Of a stretch of DNA of 49,211 nt, positions 10,608 through 23,252 are shown one piece after another. The notes under the pieces were generated by a model that was given only the letters and a program-made list of their open reading frames with translations, did no database searches and had not been told where the DNA came from. A program made the translations under genes and the position numbers. The stretch is from NCBI GenBank assembly GCA_003344405.1, contig NOWV01000317.1, positions 1 to 49,211 on the forward strand, given 5' to 3'. Source of the stretch: Trichoplax sp. H2 (lineage: Eukaryota). Each line of letters starts with the position of its first letter. The first letter of the stretch is position 1.

Positions 10608-12972
10608 TGTGACAGTGTTATATACTGTATTAGAGTAGGAATATCTATCTTAGGATAATTTTGTTTGTCTATCCTTTATTAGTTATATTATAATTTGAAT
10701 ATACTGTGTTTTAATATAGCTCTGACTGTAATGAAATGAAAAGTGTAGAGATCAAGCTACAAAACTTTAACAAACTTTCATTCTACTTTCGTTACACTCC
10801 GGTCGACTTAACGAAACTTTGACACCAAATAAAATTTGGGGAAATAATCAAACAACAATTTATTACAAAACAATAATGGAGAAAAGTATAAACCGAACAA
10901 CCTTGCAAATACTTAGCTTTAAGTATTAATAAAATAAGTGGCAGACTTAAAACTGTCAACGACCAAACAACCTTTCAAAAACAAGAATGTTTTAACTTAC
11001 GACAATTCGATCCCGAAGGCCTTTTAAATTCAACAAGTTCTTCAAATAATATCTTCTTCTACTCTCTCTCTAAATTTTCTAGTTGCATTATCATTTATAG
11101 GCTTTGTAAAGCCGTCAGAGATATTTAAAACTAAACATTTGCTAACCAATCGCTCTAAAGATCCGCTTTAGCAAACTACTTTGCACCATTTAAGAAAACA
11201 AATACCATTTAAAGTTCAGACACAAATTTACCCTACGATTCCCTTGCAAAACACTATAAAACCAACACGTTAACTATAAAATACATCAAACTTCACTTCT
11301 AACATAATTTCTATCAATAAAACACTATAATAGTCTAGAAATTAACCTTTAAACGTCAAGACTTAGTCATAAAAATAACAGTCAAACTACATAACAATCA
11401 ACACAACCTCTGCCAATTTTCATCTTATTTTCTATTTTCCTCACTAAACTTTCCTAGTGTGACCTTCACGTCACATCATAAAATTCCAAAGTTTCAAATT
11501 CATAACAAAAGTTCAAATTTCAAAAATCAACTCTTACGATATTTTCCATGAACAAAAATTTAAAAATTAAGGCAGTAAAATTATGTCGGACATAAATCCG
11601 ACCAGTTCTGGAATCCCAATCCCAAAAATCCGGATTTTATAAAGATCACGGTAATCGCTTATCCAAAAAATTTATATGAATATTACCACTACTTTTCTGA
11701 CATTAGTTTCGCTGAGTATTGACAGTTGATGTTTTAACGTCAGGTTGTACGGTAACTGTGCGATTATAAACTACATTTCAGTACTTTACTATCATGTTAT
11801 AAATCCCCTTTCTGTAAGGATACGGTTTTATTACTAAGTGAAATTTAGTTACAATTTGAATAGATGATCAAACGCCCTTTCTTTAGATTAGGCAATTGCT
11901 GTAGGGCTACTAGTATAGTAATCTATATAATACCTTGTAAAATAATGAAGAAGAAAAGATGTCACCATGTCGATTTGGAAGGGTAAAACTTAAAGACACT
12001 ATGACTTTGTAGGTATTTTGTATAGTAAAATAATACTAGTTATATACTAAAAGCTACAGATACTTGTGGTAGATTGTAAATTACCACGGAAATGTTCCGT
12101 GATAGGACATATCGTAATCTGACTATTCTGTATTAGTCATGAGATGTCTATGTTCGTAAATACTGTTGTCTGCATTAAAGGAGCAGTAGCTAAAATTNNN
12201 NNNNNNNNNNNNNNNNNTTACAATTTGAATAGATGATCAAACGCCCTTTCTTTAGATTAGGCAATTGCTGTAGGGCTACTTGTATAGTAATCTATATAAT
12301 ACCTTGTAAAATAATGAAGAAGAAAAGATGGCGCCATGTCGATTTGGAAGGGTAAAACTTAAAGACACTATGACTTTGTAGGTATTTTGTATAGTAAAAT
12401 AATACTAGTTATATACTAAAAGCTACAGAGGACTCAACTTTTAGTCCTTTACTACAAGACTTTTTTGACAGTGATATATATATATACATATACCGAATTA
12501 ATAGTTATAACAGGAAATCCAAATCATCTACTTACAGTTCGATTCATTATGATTGTAACTTACTTATGGTAGATTGTAAATTACCACGGAAATGTTCCGT
12601 GATAGGACATATCGTAATCTGACTATTCTGTATTAGTCATGAGATGTCTATGTTCGTAAATACTGTTGTCTGCATTAAAGGAGCAGTAGCTAAAATTAAT
12701 ATCTAATTAAGTAAATGATTCCAAAGTTAATCGTACTAACTATGACTCATGAACTATTAAGGAAGAGCATATAAATGCAGTATATCGTGTAATATAGTGA
12801 ATTCTCAAACTTAGTGTTTAACGTAAAATACGTGGCGTCTAAGTCTTTGTGTAGTCTGCTAGTAGAGCAAAAGTGCATCTGATAGTGCAGATATCGTTCC
12901 TTGATACGTGGTTCAAGGAATTGATTTATTGATCGTACATTACGCTATCTTGTTGCAAAGCTGTTTGTGACA
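10608..12972 (+). mobile_element. Solo-LTR-like element, family B, with nested family D
   Basis: TGTGACAGTG...TTTGTGACA termini with perfect TSD GATAC (10603-10607/12973-12977). ATGACTCAT at 12742-12750 precedes ATATAAA. Contains a gap with duplicated sequence. Confidence 0.9.
10727..12456 (-). mobile_element. Solo-LTR-like element, family D, nested in B
   Basis: Reverse complement of 44785-46160. TGTAATG...ACTACA termini with 4-bp TSD TGAC/AGAC (10723-10726/12457-12460). The span is inflated by the duplication across gap 12198-12217. Confidence 0.9.
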
Positions 12973-13624
12973 GATACATACTTGCATTTACTAAACATAA
13001 TAACATAACTGGAGTACAAAACTATTAAATTAAAATATCTTAATAATAGAGTGTAAATTTGTATCAATACCAATTTATTGACTATTTATATTTACTTTAT
13101 TCTAGGTGATATATCCATAACTACATAATTAACTAGTAGACAGAAATACTTCAACTGATATTGGATATCATAAAATTTATTATTAATCATGAATAATTCT
13201 ACTCGTGCAATAGTAGATTATATTTACCATTTATTTGAGACTGAATAAAACGCTAGCATGTGTCTCAGCAGTTTTGGAGTTATTTTTAACATACTGGTAT
13301 GCTAGATTTCCTTCCTTAACAGAAAACTACTCAGCTCCTTTTCTCATTTATTACTAGCTTAGCTATTACAGATCCACTAAATGCACTCTTGGTTACGTCT
13401 CGATACACTTTGCAATTGGCAATTAAAGGTTTTCCGTATCAACTGACGACAAATGCTAATAACATCTATACTAATTTTAAATTGTTATTTCGCGTGACAG
13501 ATGTCTGCAATTAGCATATCTACTTCTAAGCCCTTCTTATTTATGTAGTTTGTAAGAAATTTAAAGTTGTAAAAAAAATGAAATTAAAAACTAAAGATGT
13601 CTTTCAATGGACATCAAATAAAAC

Positions 13625-14410
13625 TGTAGTAAAAGGACTAAAAGTAGAGTCCTTTGTAGTTGTTAGTATGTAATTAGTATTATTTTACTGTAGAAAATAC
13701 CTACAAAGTGATAGTGTCTTTAAGTTTTACCCTACCAAATCATCATGTCGCCATCTTTTCTTCTTCATTATTTTACAAGGTATTATATAGATTACTATAG
13801 AAGTAGCCCTATAGAGCAAATGCCTAATCTAAACAAAGGGCGTTTCATCGTCTATTCAAATTGTAAAGAAATTTGACTTAGTAGCAAAACCCTATCCTTA
13901 GAGAAAGGGGATTTATAACATGACGATAAAGTACTGTTATGTAGTCTATACTCGTACAGTTACAGTACAATCTGACGCTAAAACATCAACTGTCAATACT
14001 CGCGAATACTAAGCGATACTAATGTCAGAAAAGTAGTCGTAGTAGTCATATAAATTTTTTTGATAAGCGATTANNNNNNNNNNNNNNNNNNNNGAACTTG
14101 TTGAATTTAAAAGGCCTTCGGGGTCGAATTGTCGTAAGTTAAAACATTCTTCTTTTTGAAAGGTTGTTTGGTCGTTGAAAGTTTTAAAGTCTGTCATTTA
14201 TTTTAATAATACTTAAAGCTAAGTATTTGTAAAGTTATTCGGTTTATACTTCTCTCCATTTTGTTTTAAAATAAATTGTTGTTCGGTTATTTCTCCAAAT
14301 TTTATTTGGTGTGAAAGTATTAGCGTTAAGTCGACCGGAGTGCAACGAAAGTAGAATGAAAGTTTGTTAAAGTTTCGTAGCTTGATCTCTACACTTTTCA
14401 TTTCATTACA
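13625..14410 (+). mobile_element. Family D element with internal gap
   Basis: TGTAGTAAAAGG...CATTACA termini with perfect TSD AAAC (13621-13624/14411-14414). The N-run at 14074-14093 hides the interior. Confidence 0.92.
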
Positions 14411-14545
14411 AAACAAATCCATACCAATTAATTAAACGCATCTGATTAGACTTTGAAAAAAATAAATGGTATCAATCAAAAATTGTTTTTTATGGCTATC
14501 ATCGCAGTCGACAGAAAAATATTTTNNNNNNNNNNNNNNNNNNNN

Positions 14546-14828
14546 ATGCTAATAACATCTATACTAATTTTAAATTGTTATTTCGCGTGACAGATGTCTG
14601 CAATTAGCATATCTAGTTCTAAGCCCTTCTTATTTATGTAGTTTGTAAGAAATTTAAAGTTGTAAAAAAAATGAAATTAAAAACTAAAGATGTCTTTCAT
14701 TGGACATCAAATAAAACAAATCCATACCAATTAATTAAACGCATCTGATTAGACTTTGAAAAAAATAAATGGTATCAATCAAAAATTGTTTTTCATGGCT
14801 ATCATCGCAGTCGACAGAAAAATATTTT
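14546..14828 (+). repeat. Second (allelic) copy of the family D flanks: empty site
   Basis: Equals 13453-13624 joined directly to 14415-14525, with a single AAAC at 14714-14717. Confidence 0.92.
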
Positions 14829-16559
14829 ATTGAAAATAATGGATATCAGTAAATCCTGATTGAAGAGTCTAAGACGAAATTATCCAATCAAAGTTTAGTT
14901 GATCCTGTATACTTTATTCATAGATGCTTCTTTTATTGAAGTATCAAAGCGTTTGTATACAAAGTCTGTGCGATAAAGTAGAATTGCTATTATCTGAACA
15001 CGTAAGAGCATAGAAATCAGATAATATTTTATTATTACGGTCAAGTATATAATTATCTAAACAAGATAAAAAAATTAATAATAAATACAATGAGAGCTAA
15101 GATTCTACTTATGCCATAAATTATTATTTAGACACGAAAAACATACAGCATCCGCCAAATTAACCTTTGGAACTAACTTCAAAGAGTTTCTCATTATATA
15201 GAATACAGTATAAAACATTAATAATTCTTTACTAACTATGCAAGCCATGATTCAGCGTTAGTAATAATAATCAATAAATATAAGCTCATACATACATCTA
15301 ATTTCGCAGTATCTCTTATCTGCATAATCTATTTATGTTGGTTGCATAGAATACGTAGTTATATTAATCATCTAATAATACTTAATTCTAAAATTACTGA
15401 CCACTTGCACTATTTCATAAGTAATCTTACCAAAAAAAATAGCTGACTGTAGCATGATTTTGAAAGCCGATAACTGACCGAATTGTCTGCTATTTTATTG
15501 ATTTACTGTAATGGTAAAATAATTATTATTATTTCGCCTCTCGATCTAATTATATTGCCCTCTTTTGACTTGTTACCATTCAGTCTATTTAACGTTTTGC
15601 ATGAGAAGTAATTCATGGGCAGATGCGGGAAATTTTCGAGGTACTCCGACTAATGTACTAATTGGACTACTTAAGAAATAGTCAATATCTGACCGATATC
15701 TGTTAGTCCTACGTTAGTCTTTATTTGAGACCAGGTAATGATCAAAAACGACGTTGAATATTATTTGACCTTGCGGTCTAACTAAGAAGATACACTGTTT
15801 GTTATTTAAATATTTCAGTAAGTTCAATATTTTATGCCAAAGCAAAAATTTTCGTAAGCATTATTCGAGTTTCGTTGAAATTTTCTAATTATCGAGGCAA
15901 TTAGGCTAGATCCTTGTATTATTAATCCTATTTATATAACTTTACTAGCACAAATTTTATGTTAGCAGTGCAGTCATTGCAAGAGGAGCTGGGAACGTAG
16001 AAGACAGCCAGTCATGAAATTTCCCTATATGAAATCTTCGCAGCAACAAATGCAAGAATTTAGAATCGGCGATATTTCAAGCAAAAATTCTCAATTATAA
16101 TTGGCTGATTCTGAAAGAGATATTTTATCAAACAAGCAGGTTAAAAAAGATTTTATATACCTATAAATATTCTTCCTACAAACTCGGCTTATAATATAAT
16201 AGTTTAAGCTGTTACTCTTCTTTCACTCAATTTACTTTCTTTAATCTTTGAGAAATAAAATTCTCAATTAATAACTTGTTTGCTTAGGTTAAATCGGCTT
16301 TAAAATTTGTAAAAATTTCTGCTTATCCTAAGCTGCTGGCATTGAGTTATTTTTTCACAACCTGGTTACAAACGTCCATATTTAAAGCCTTTGCAGAATA
16401 TTGACATGGTATCAGTCTGTAATAAACAATACTTATAGACCATCATTTAATTATTTGCTATCGTAATCTCAAAATCATTATCAGACCCTGCAGACATAAA
16501 TTAAAACAAATAATCAGCTTCTGGACTAAGTGATACTTTCAAATTTCTCATCTTTCCAC

Positions 16560-17572
16560 AATAGTCTTAAATTTTATCAGTAGCCTGGTTTTAGTAGCCA
16601 CGGTAACTAATAAATATATCCTTATTATTATTCTGGTATCTTCTGGAATGGTCGAATTTGGCTTCTATACTTCCTTCTGTTCTTAAGTTTTCACAAATCA
16701 ACGTCTCCGTAAGCAGCCACTTAATAGATTAATTGCAAACCTTGCACTCTCTGATTTACTGATAGCCACTTATTTTAATATTGCGGCAGTTATTTAGAAT
16801 CATATTTATCACCAACATAAATTTAGCTAGAGTAATTTACCTATTAACCAAAGCATTACCTTTAAAATCACCGTCTACATCTCAAGTACGTCTACATTAT
16901 CGACTACTTTAACTTTAGCAGTTATTAGTACAGAAAGATATAACGCGATCATATATCCGCTCGTTGATTCCATGAGCAGAAAAAACAGCAGTCATTCTGA
17001 TCGTTGTACGGACTATTGTAGCTGCAACTGCTGCTAGCGTAATATTAGTTTATGATTATAGAGACACCGTACCATACGACTGGACTTCTGTATTCATGAG
17101 AGTGAACATAGTTTGCACAGCTCTTATCGATAGCGTCTTTACTGCTGTTGGCATTATTTTTCCGTTTATAACTGCATTTATATGTTACAACCAAATAATA
17201 TTTTAAAATATGCCGCATAAGCCCTCCTGTAGATGACTCATTATAAAAATCTTAACTCTTTAAAGAATATAAAAGAAAAAGCCAAAGCACAGCTATTTTA
17301 CTAACCGTCACTGTATTAGTCATGACCGGCTATCTTTCTTAGCCAACTTAATGGTTTATATTTTCTTTTACAAAATTCATGATTCAAAGTTCTACAGAAA
17401 GTAGTCATAAAAATTTTGGACCGTTTTTCGTATTACGGCAGTTATTACTATGATTCCTTTCATTATTAATGCAATGCTTTATAAATTTGCTAGTGCAAGT
17501 TTTAAAATGGAATTAATGCTATTACCTCGTAACTTTTTATCTTTACTTTGTAACAGTAAAATAAAAGAATAA
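16560..17572 (+). pseudogene. Class A GPCR pseudogene, paralog of the 22209 gene
   Basis: VFTNQRLRKQPLNRLIANLALSDLLIA (compare IFTNKSLQKQPLNHFIASLALSDLLMA), TLAVISTERYNAIIYP and FWTVFRITAVITMIPFIINAMLYKFASASFK. In-frame TAA at 16684-16686 plus frameshifts. Start approximate. Confidence 0.92.
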
Positions 17573-18317
17573 AGGCTCTGCCATCTAGCAAACCTGTTTC
17601 GTTAGTGAGCAAAAATATTGATATTACTATTGCTATAATAAAGTGCTTTGAAAATCAGAAACCCCCAAATTTATTACCAAAAGTGATAGCTTAATCTAGG
17701 ACCACAAATTTTTATAATAGGCTTGGATTATTAATTATCTATTGGCATGAAAATTATGGCATAAAAATCAATCAAATTATTAAATAGCTAGAATCTAACG
17801 TGTGAACTGAAATACTGTATTAACAAAGAATTTTAACATGCTTCATTAAACGATTTCTGATTGTATCGATTTACATATGTTAAATTATGTCATTAAGTCA
17901 ACGTAATTAGAATTTATTTCCAATTTTATTTCTAAGCAAACTATTAACATACCTAATTTCTAACAGTTATTATCGTAAAAGCAAAAGCTTTACAAAATCT
18001 TTATAAAATAATAAGAGATTACGGTCTACTTGCTTTGGGCAAAATTTAATTCAGTAATACGAATACAGCTAGTAGTATTACTCAGATATTAACTTCCTCG
18101 TAGTCATATTGGGTATTGATTCGCAAGCATATAATCTAACTATTTTAATTAGTCTTAAAATAGCATAGTATATACCCATTGTATCACATCCACAACGATA
18201 GTACTAAAGATATTTGTACGAAAAAATTTCATTCCAGCTAAAACTAATATCAATGCCATTGATATTGAATTTCTAAATAAATAGTTCTATATAGCTGTTA
18301 TTTATCGATAATTTCAT

Positions 18318-18734
18318 TGTAAGACAGTGTAATATTGTATTCTAAGTTGATGATATATTTAGTAATGTCTACCGTAGGTGTTGTGTTCAACATGTGATAG
18401 ATATACTCGTTAGAAGCTTAAGTATTAAATATAGCTAGCTTATTAGCTGTAATCCTTTTGAAGAGGAGCGCTACAGTGCTCACACTAGAGCTTCACATGA
18501 AAGGTGTAAACTAGCCTGCATTTAAGATGCTAATACTGAAGTGTGTAGTAAGTAAGGTGCTAAGACTGTAAACGCGGAAAGGTATATAAGCGAGTAGTTT
18601 AGTATAGTAAGGTAGTTCTTTCTCGTTAGAGGTCCTCAGGTAATTGATTACGTTGTATCTTCGTAAAGGAGGTTTTGTTCAATAAATCTTAATTTACTAA
18701 AGTTTTTGAAGATTCTTGATCTATCAACCTCACA
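18318..18734 (+). mobile_element. Solo-LTR-like element, family E (417 bp, single copy)
   Basis: TGTAAG...CTCACA termini with perfect TSD TTCAT (18313-18317/18735-18739). TATATAAG at 18583-18590, AATAAA at 18681-18686. Confidence 0.8.
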
Positions 18735-19919
18735 TTCATCTAGAATTTATCATAAATGTTATCTTGTAAAGGTTGTAGATTTCAACTGAAATGGCAGTAG
18801 AGTTTATCTTTATTCTTACGATGGTCTAAATTCAAAGGTTAGATATTTTAATATTTCAATAATTTAAGATGAGCAATATTGATAATTGAACACACTTGGA
18901 ATCTTGTATCTTTAAAGACTTACTTTTAATATTTATTTACGGCTACCTTACTGTAGATTTCACAGAATAATAATGCAAAGAAGTAATCCATGAGTGAATG
19001 TAGCAAATATTCTCCATTTATCTTTGTTTGTATTAGCTAGTTACACTACAAAATGCAAGAAAAATTTGATGTTATTAATATCGTTTTCTTAAATCTCTGG
19101 TTTGGCAGCTAAATTATATACTCAACCTATTTTCGTTGCTGATTATTCAAAATCAACTAATTAAGGTTCATTTTTGTCACGGTATTAAATTACCGTGACA
19201 AGTTCTATATGTAAATATATAGATTTAGTATATATTAAGGTATAGCGATTGCTACTACTAAATATACCATAATTACATATAGCAGTACCAAAGCTGGTCG
19301 TATCAATGTTTTCTTTATAAAGCTTTTACATTAACTGGACAGATATTATTCCGTTTAGATAGTAATTCCTAGATATCATCGGTATATTCCCGAATATAGA
19401 TGTTGAGAACTGGTTTAGCAGTTAATATTGTTATCTGCCGATATATTATAAACCTTATTAGTAAAATTTGAATGTTCTAGATTAAAATTTTAAACTAAAT
19501 TTATTAGATAAGAAATAACGATGATTGGGGATATTTCCCATATTAGTTCTGTTTTTAATAAAACTAGACTAGAGTATAGAGAAGTCCTAAATGAAACATT
19601 TTGCGTGAAATATCGCCCATAAATAGCTAAACTTTAGCCTGACGAAGCGTTGATATAGTTAACCGGTTATATCATTAAATTAGCTATTAAAATGCTTAAC
19701 GATTCGGTTGATAAATTAGATTTAAGATTCCGTTATTAAGTAGAAGATTTAACTTATTGTCTAGATCAGTCGACTAGGGTTCTGAATACTAGAGAGATAT
19801 CCAGTAAAGTAGATCACATAGTGATCACTACATGCTCATCCGCCTATCTTAAGCTTTTTGAATGATATCTATAAGATCAAAATTGATCATTAATGATGAC
19901 TATAATCACAGTATGTATA

Positions 19920-20575
19920 TGTCATAAAACAGCTTTGCAGCAAGATAACGTAGTATATGATCAATAAGTCAATTCCTTGAATCATGTATCAAGGAACAAT
20001 ATCTGCACTATCAGAAATACTTTTGCTCTACTTGCAGACTAAACAAAGACTTAGATGCCTCGCATTTTACCTAAAATACTAAGTTTAAGAATTAACTTTA
20101 TTACACGATATTGCGTTTAAATGCCCTTCCTCAATAGTTCATAAGTCATAGTTAGTACGATCAACTTTGGAATTATTTATTGAACTAGACATTAATTTTA
20201 GGTACTACTCCCTAATGCAGATAACAGTAGTTACGAACATAGAGGTCTGATGACTAATACAGAATAGTCAGATTAAGATATGTCCTATCACGGAACATTT
20301 CCACGATAATTTACGACCTACCATTTTTAAGTTACAATCACAACGATTTGAAATGTAAGTAGATAATTCACATTCCCTAATATAACTATTAATTTCAATA
20401 TATGTATATGTTTTGTCACCTATGTTAATAGTGTTATATATGTCACTGTCATAAAAAGCTAGTGTTATATTAAAACAAAGTATAACTAATTAAGAAGTTA
20501 ACTAAATAAGAATAGGCTAACAAAGTTATCTTAACATAGATTTTTTACTCTAACAAAGAATAGAACACTGTGACA
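19920..20575 (-). mobile_element. Solo-LTR-like element, family B (656 bp)
   Basis: Reverse complement of family B. TGTCAT...GTGACA termini with TSD GTATA/TTATA (4/5). Confidence 0.88.
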
Positions 20576-20956
20576 TTATAATAAAAAACAGCCAATAACT
20601 CAATTAGAAATGAATTACCAAATTGTACTTCCACAGGCCGTTCAATAAATTGATATTTCAATTCGATATATCCTAGTAAATAAATCATCAATCTAATGTA
20701 ACCGATTTCGAAGTGTAATGATCTCTGCTAATCACAAAAATTGTTTTGGGGAAATACAGTGATAGTTCGTAGCTTAAAATTTTTTCTTAATAAAGTAATG
20801 TGATTAAAGACTAGTAGATAGGGAAGTATATGATTGGAATTAGAACGGTATAAATTGTATGCATTCGTAATTGTAGAGACTAATTCCATTATCCGGTTTA
20901 TTTCAACCACTTCTAACTGTTCTTATGAGGGGAAGAATTTAAAATTCTTTTCAGAC

Positions 20957-21291
20957 TGCCTCAAACTCCCGTGCGACAAGATAACGTTGTGATCGAATCT
21001 ACGATCTTGCAATAATTCATACGTCTTCGATTTCTGTTATACTTTTAACCTTAGGAACTAAAAACTAACTTTTATTAATTTGTCGAACCATTTAAATAGA
21101 TTTTATCTACAAGCTTTTACACACTTCTTAGAATACTACTGATCCAACTATAGATATAAATGACCTTTAACACATCACAATTTAAATCATACCGTCTACA
21201 ATTTATATCTGGTTGCGTACTCCTCGGCTTACAATATCATTGTAGCCGCAAAGCATGTCCTATTTTGGTACGGTGAGTTAGCACCGTGACA
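20957..21291 (-). mobile_element. Solo-LTR-like element, family F (335 bp, single copy)
   Basis: On the minus strand it starts TGTCACGGTGCTAACTCACCGT and ends CGTTATCTTGTCGCACGGGAGTTTGAGGCA, like the A/B 3' ends. TSD CAGAC/CTGAC (4/5). TATTTAAA (21098-21091) precedes AATAAA (21076-21071). Confidence 0.78.
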
Positions 21292-22208
21292 CTGACACTC
21301 GGACTTAATAAACGTAACTTTGAACTTAAACAATACGAGGTTGACTAGTTGTGACACATTATTGATTTGGTCTATTTTAACATGTTCAATTTTATTAAAA
21401 CATAGATCTACGAGTTTACTGTTGAAATGATTTAAAAGATTATCTTTTACATTAAAGCCAATTTTAGAAATCCAATTTAGACAAGGAGTATTTTTCGCTG
21501 TCCTAGACTAAAACCAATATTGCAGACAGTATTTTTAAAGCTTCTAAACACGAGATAGGATCAAATCAAAATTTTTCTGGCTTAATTTTCTCAAAGATAA
21601 AATTGCAGCTGCAAATACAACAATTTTTTATCTTTTCAATTGAACTGCATCTATAAATGTTAGTAACTTTATCTAAAATAATAGAACTAATTTATTACGG
21701 TATATCCTCTAACAAAATTTAAGAAAAACTTATCCTGCTAATTATTTATTTCAAATCAATTCATGATTAACAAAAATGAAATATATAAGCATTAAAATTA
21801 AATATCTTTAAGAAAGATCAAGAGCTATTTTTTTAGGATATGCATTTTAAGAAAACAATAAAACGATATTGAAATACAAATATTTCCATTTAAGAAATTG
21901 TGTTACAAAAAGTTTCCTTAATTCTCAACCTAACTACCATAATTAAATTAGATGACATCAAACGGCAGTATGTAATTGATTTAATGGTCCTTTAATAAAA
22001 CTGGTCTACTACAGCAAGTATACTATTATTCTATAAAGTTTGAATAAATTCCTGGCACTTCTTCTATTAAGGAACATTTTTGGTCAGTAAACGCTCAATT
22101 ATACTTTCTAAGTTAAAAGCCACTCGTAACTGTGCGGAGTTATTTAGAACTTATCCATCTAATAAACGAATTCGAAATATTAAAGAGACTTCAATACAAT
22201 TAGCGAGT

Positions 22209-23252
22209 ATGAATAATTCAACTCATTATTTACTACTGCTATATCTTAGAGAGGAATTAATTCACGCTACTATTACTTCACTAGTTGGCTTATTCGGCTT
22301 TATCTTCAACATCGTCGTATGTATAGTCATATTTACTAATAAATCGTTGCAAAAACAACCTCTAAATCACTTCATAGCTAGCCTAGCTTTATCAGATCTA
22401 CTGATGGCCTGTGCTATAGGTCCAGCCTACATGTTCCGTTTTATTGCAATTATTGATCACGAACGCTTCAAAGATTTCCCTATATCTGCTAGTACTGCAA
22501 TCTGTCAAATAAAAATCTTCGTTATCGGTTTATCTTTGAGCATTACCGGTTTAACACTGGCCATGATTAGCGTTGAACGTCGACGAGCTATACTTTATCC
22601 TTTCAGTCTTCCTATGAGTAAAAGAAAAGTTTTTATAATTTTGGCTGCAATATGGTTAATTTCGGGTGTTACTGGCTATTTGTTAGCATCTGTCCACGGA
22701 TTTTTGCCGCAGTTTCCCTTCGTGTGTCAATTAACAAGTAAAAGCTTCCAATTTAACGCCATCGTTGCGGTAATTTTTTCTTTCTTTAGCAATCTTTTCC
22801 CATTACCTATCATGATTGTATGTTACGCCAACATTATCATGGAACTTGGCCGTAAATCACTTCTTAGAAATCAAGTTTATCAACAATATTCAACTTTGAA
22901 AATAATTAAAAAAAAGTACAAAAGTATTGTTGCATTACTTCTGATAACTTTATTAACAGCTACGTCATCAAGTCCATTCATCATAACGTATGTTTTCATT
23001 TCATATCGTCAATTAATGGACTACCGATATACTTATAAGGTGCATTCATCTACATTTTGGAAATACTTTCAAGCCGCTTCCATAGCCATGCTAGTTCCTT
23101 GTAGTTTGAATCCCATACTATACAATTTTGCTAGTTCAACCTTTCAACAAGAAATAAAAGCAATTCCGAAAAAGCTAAGGTGCAATTGCTATAGCAATCT
23201 TAGAACCAGAAAAAATTCATCAGGAAAATATATATTACCTACTTTAATTTAA
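22209..23252 (+). CDS. Intronless class A GPCR, 347 aa from the first ATG
   Basis: The ORF track start at 22080 is TTG; the first ATG at 22209 gives MNNST. Motifs: LALSD, CQI...SVERRRAILYP, TM4 W, P...CY, NPILY. Confidence 0.95.
   Translation: MNNSTHYLLLLYLREELIHATITSLVGLFGFIFNIVVCIVIFTNKSLQKQPLNHFIASLALSDLLMACAIGPAYMFRFIAIIDHERFKDFPISASTAICQIKIFVIGLSLSITGLTLAMISVERRRAILYPFSLPMSKRKVFIILAAIWLISGVTGYLLASVHGFLPQFPFVCQLTSKSFQFNAIVAVIFSFFSNLFPLPIMIVCYANIIMELGRKSLLRNQVYQQYSTLKIIKKKYKSIVALLLITLLTATSSSPFIITYVFISYRQLMDYRYTYKVHSSTFWKYFQAASIAMLVPCSLNPILYNFASSTFQQEIKAIPKKLRCNCYSNLRTRKNSSGKYILPTLI

Larger units (their letters stand above)
19175..21356 (+). mobile_element. Solo-LTR-like element, family G (~1.18 kb net), hosting nested B and F
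   Basis: Starts with the palindrome TGTCACGGTA-TTAAAT-TACCGTGACA and ends TTGTGACA. Flanks CATTTT/CATTAT match 5/6. TATAAA at 20849-20854, AATAAA at 21307-21312. Pairing of the two ends is inferred. Confidence 0.6.

Noticed and set aside
14009..14422. 62-aa and 67-aa minus-strand ORFs
   Set aside because: They lie within non-coding family D, and one spans an N-gap.
20728..20910. 60-aa ORF
   Set aside because: It has a GTG start, lies inside putative element G, and shows no motif.
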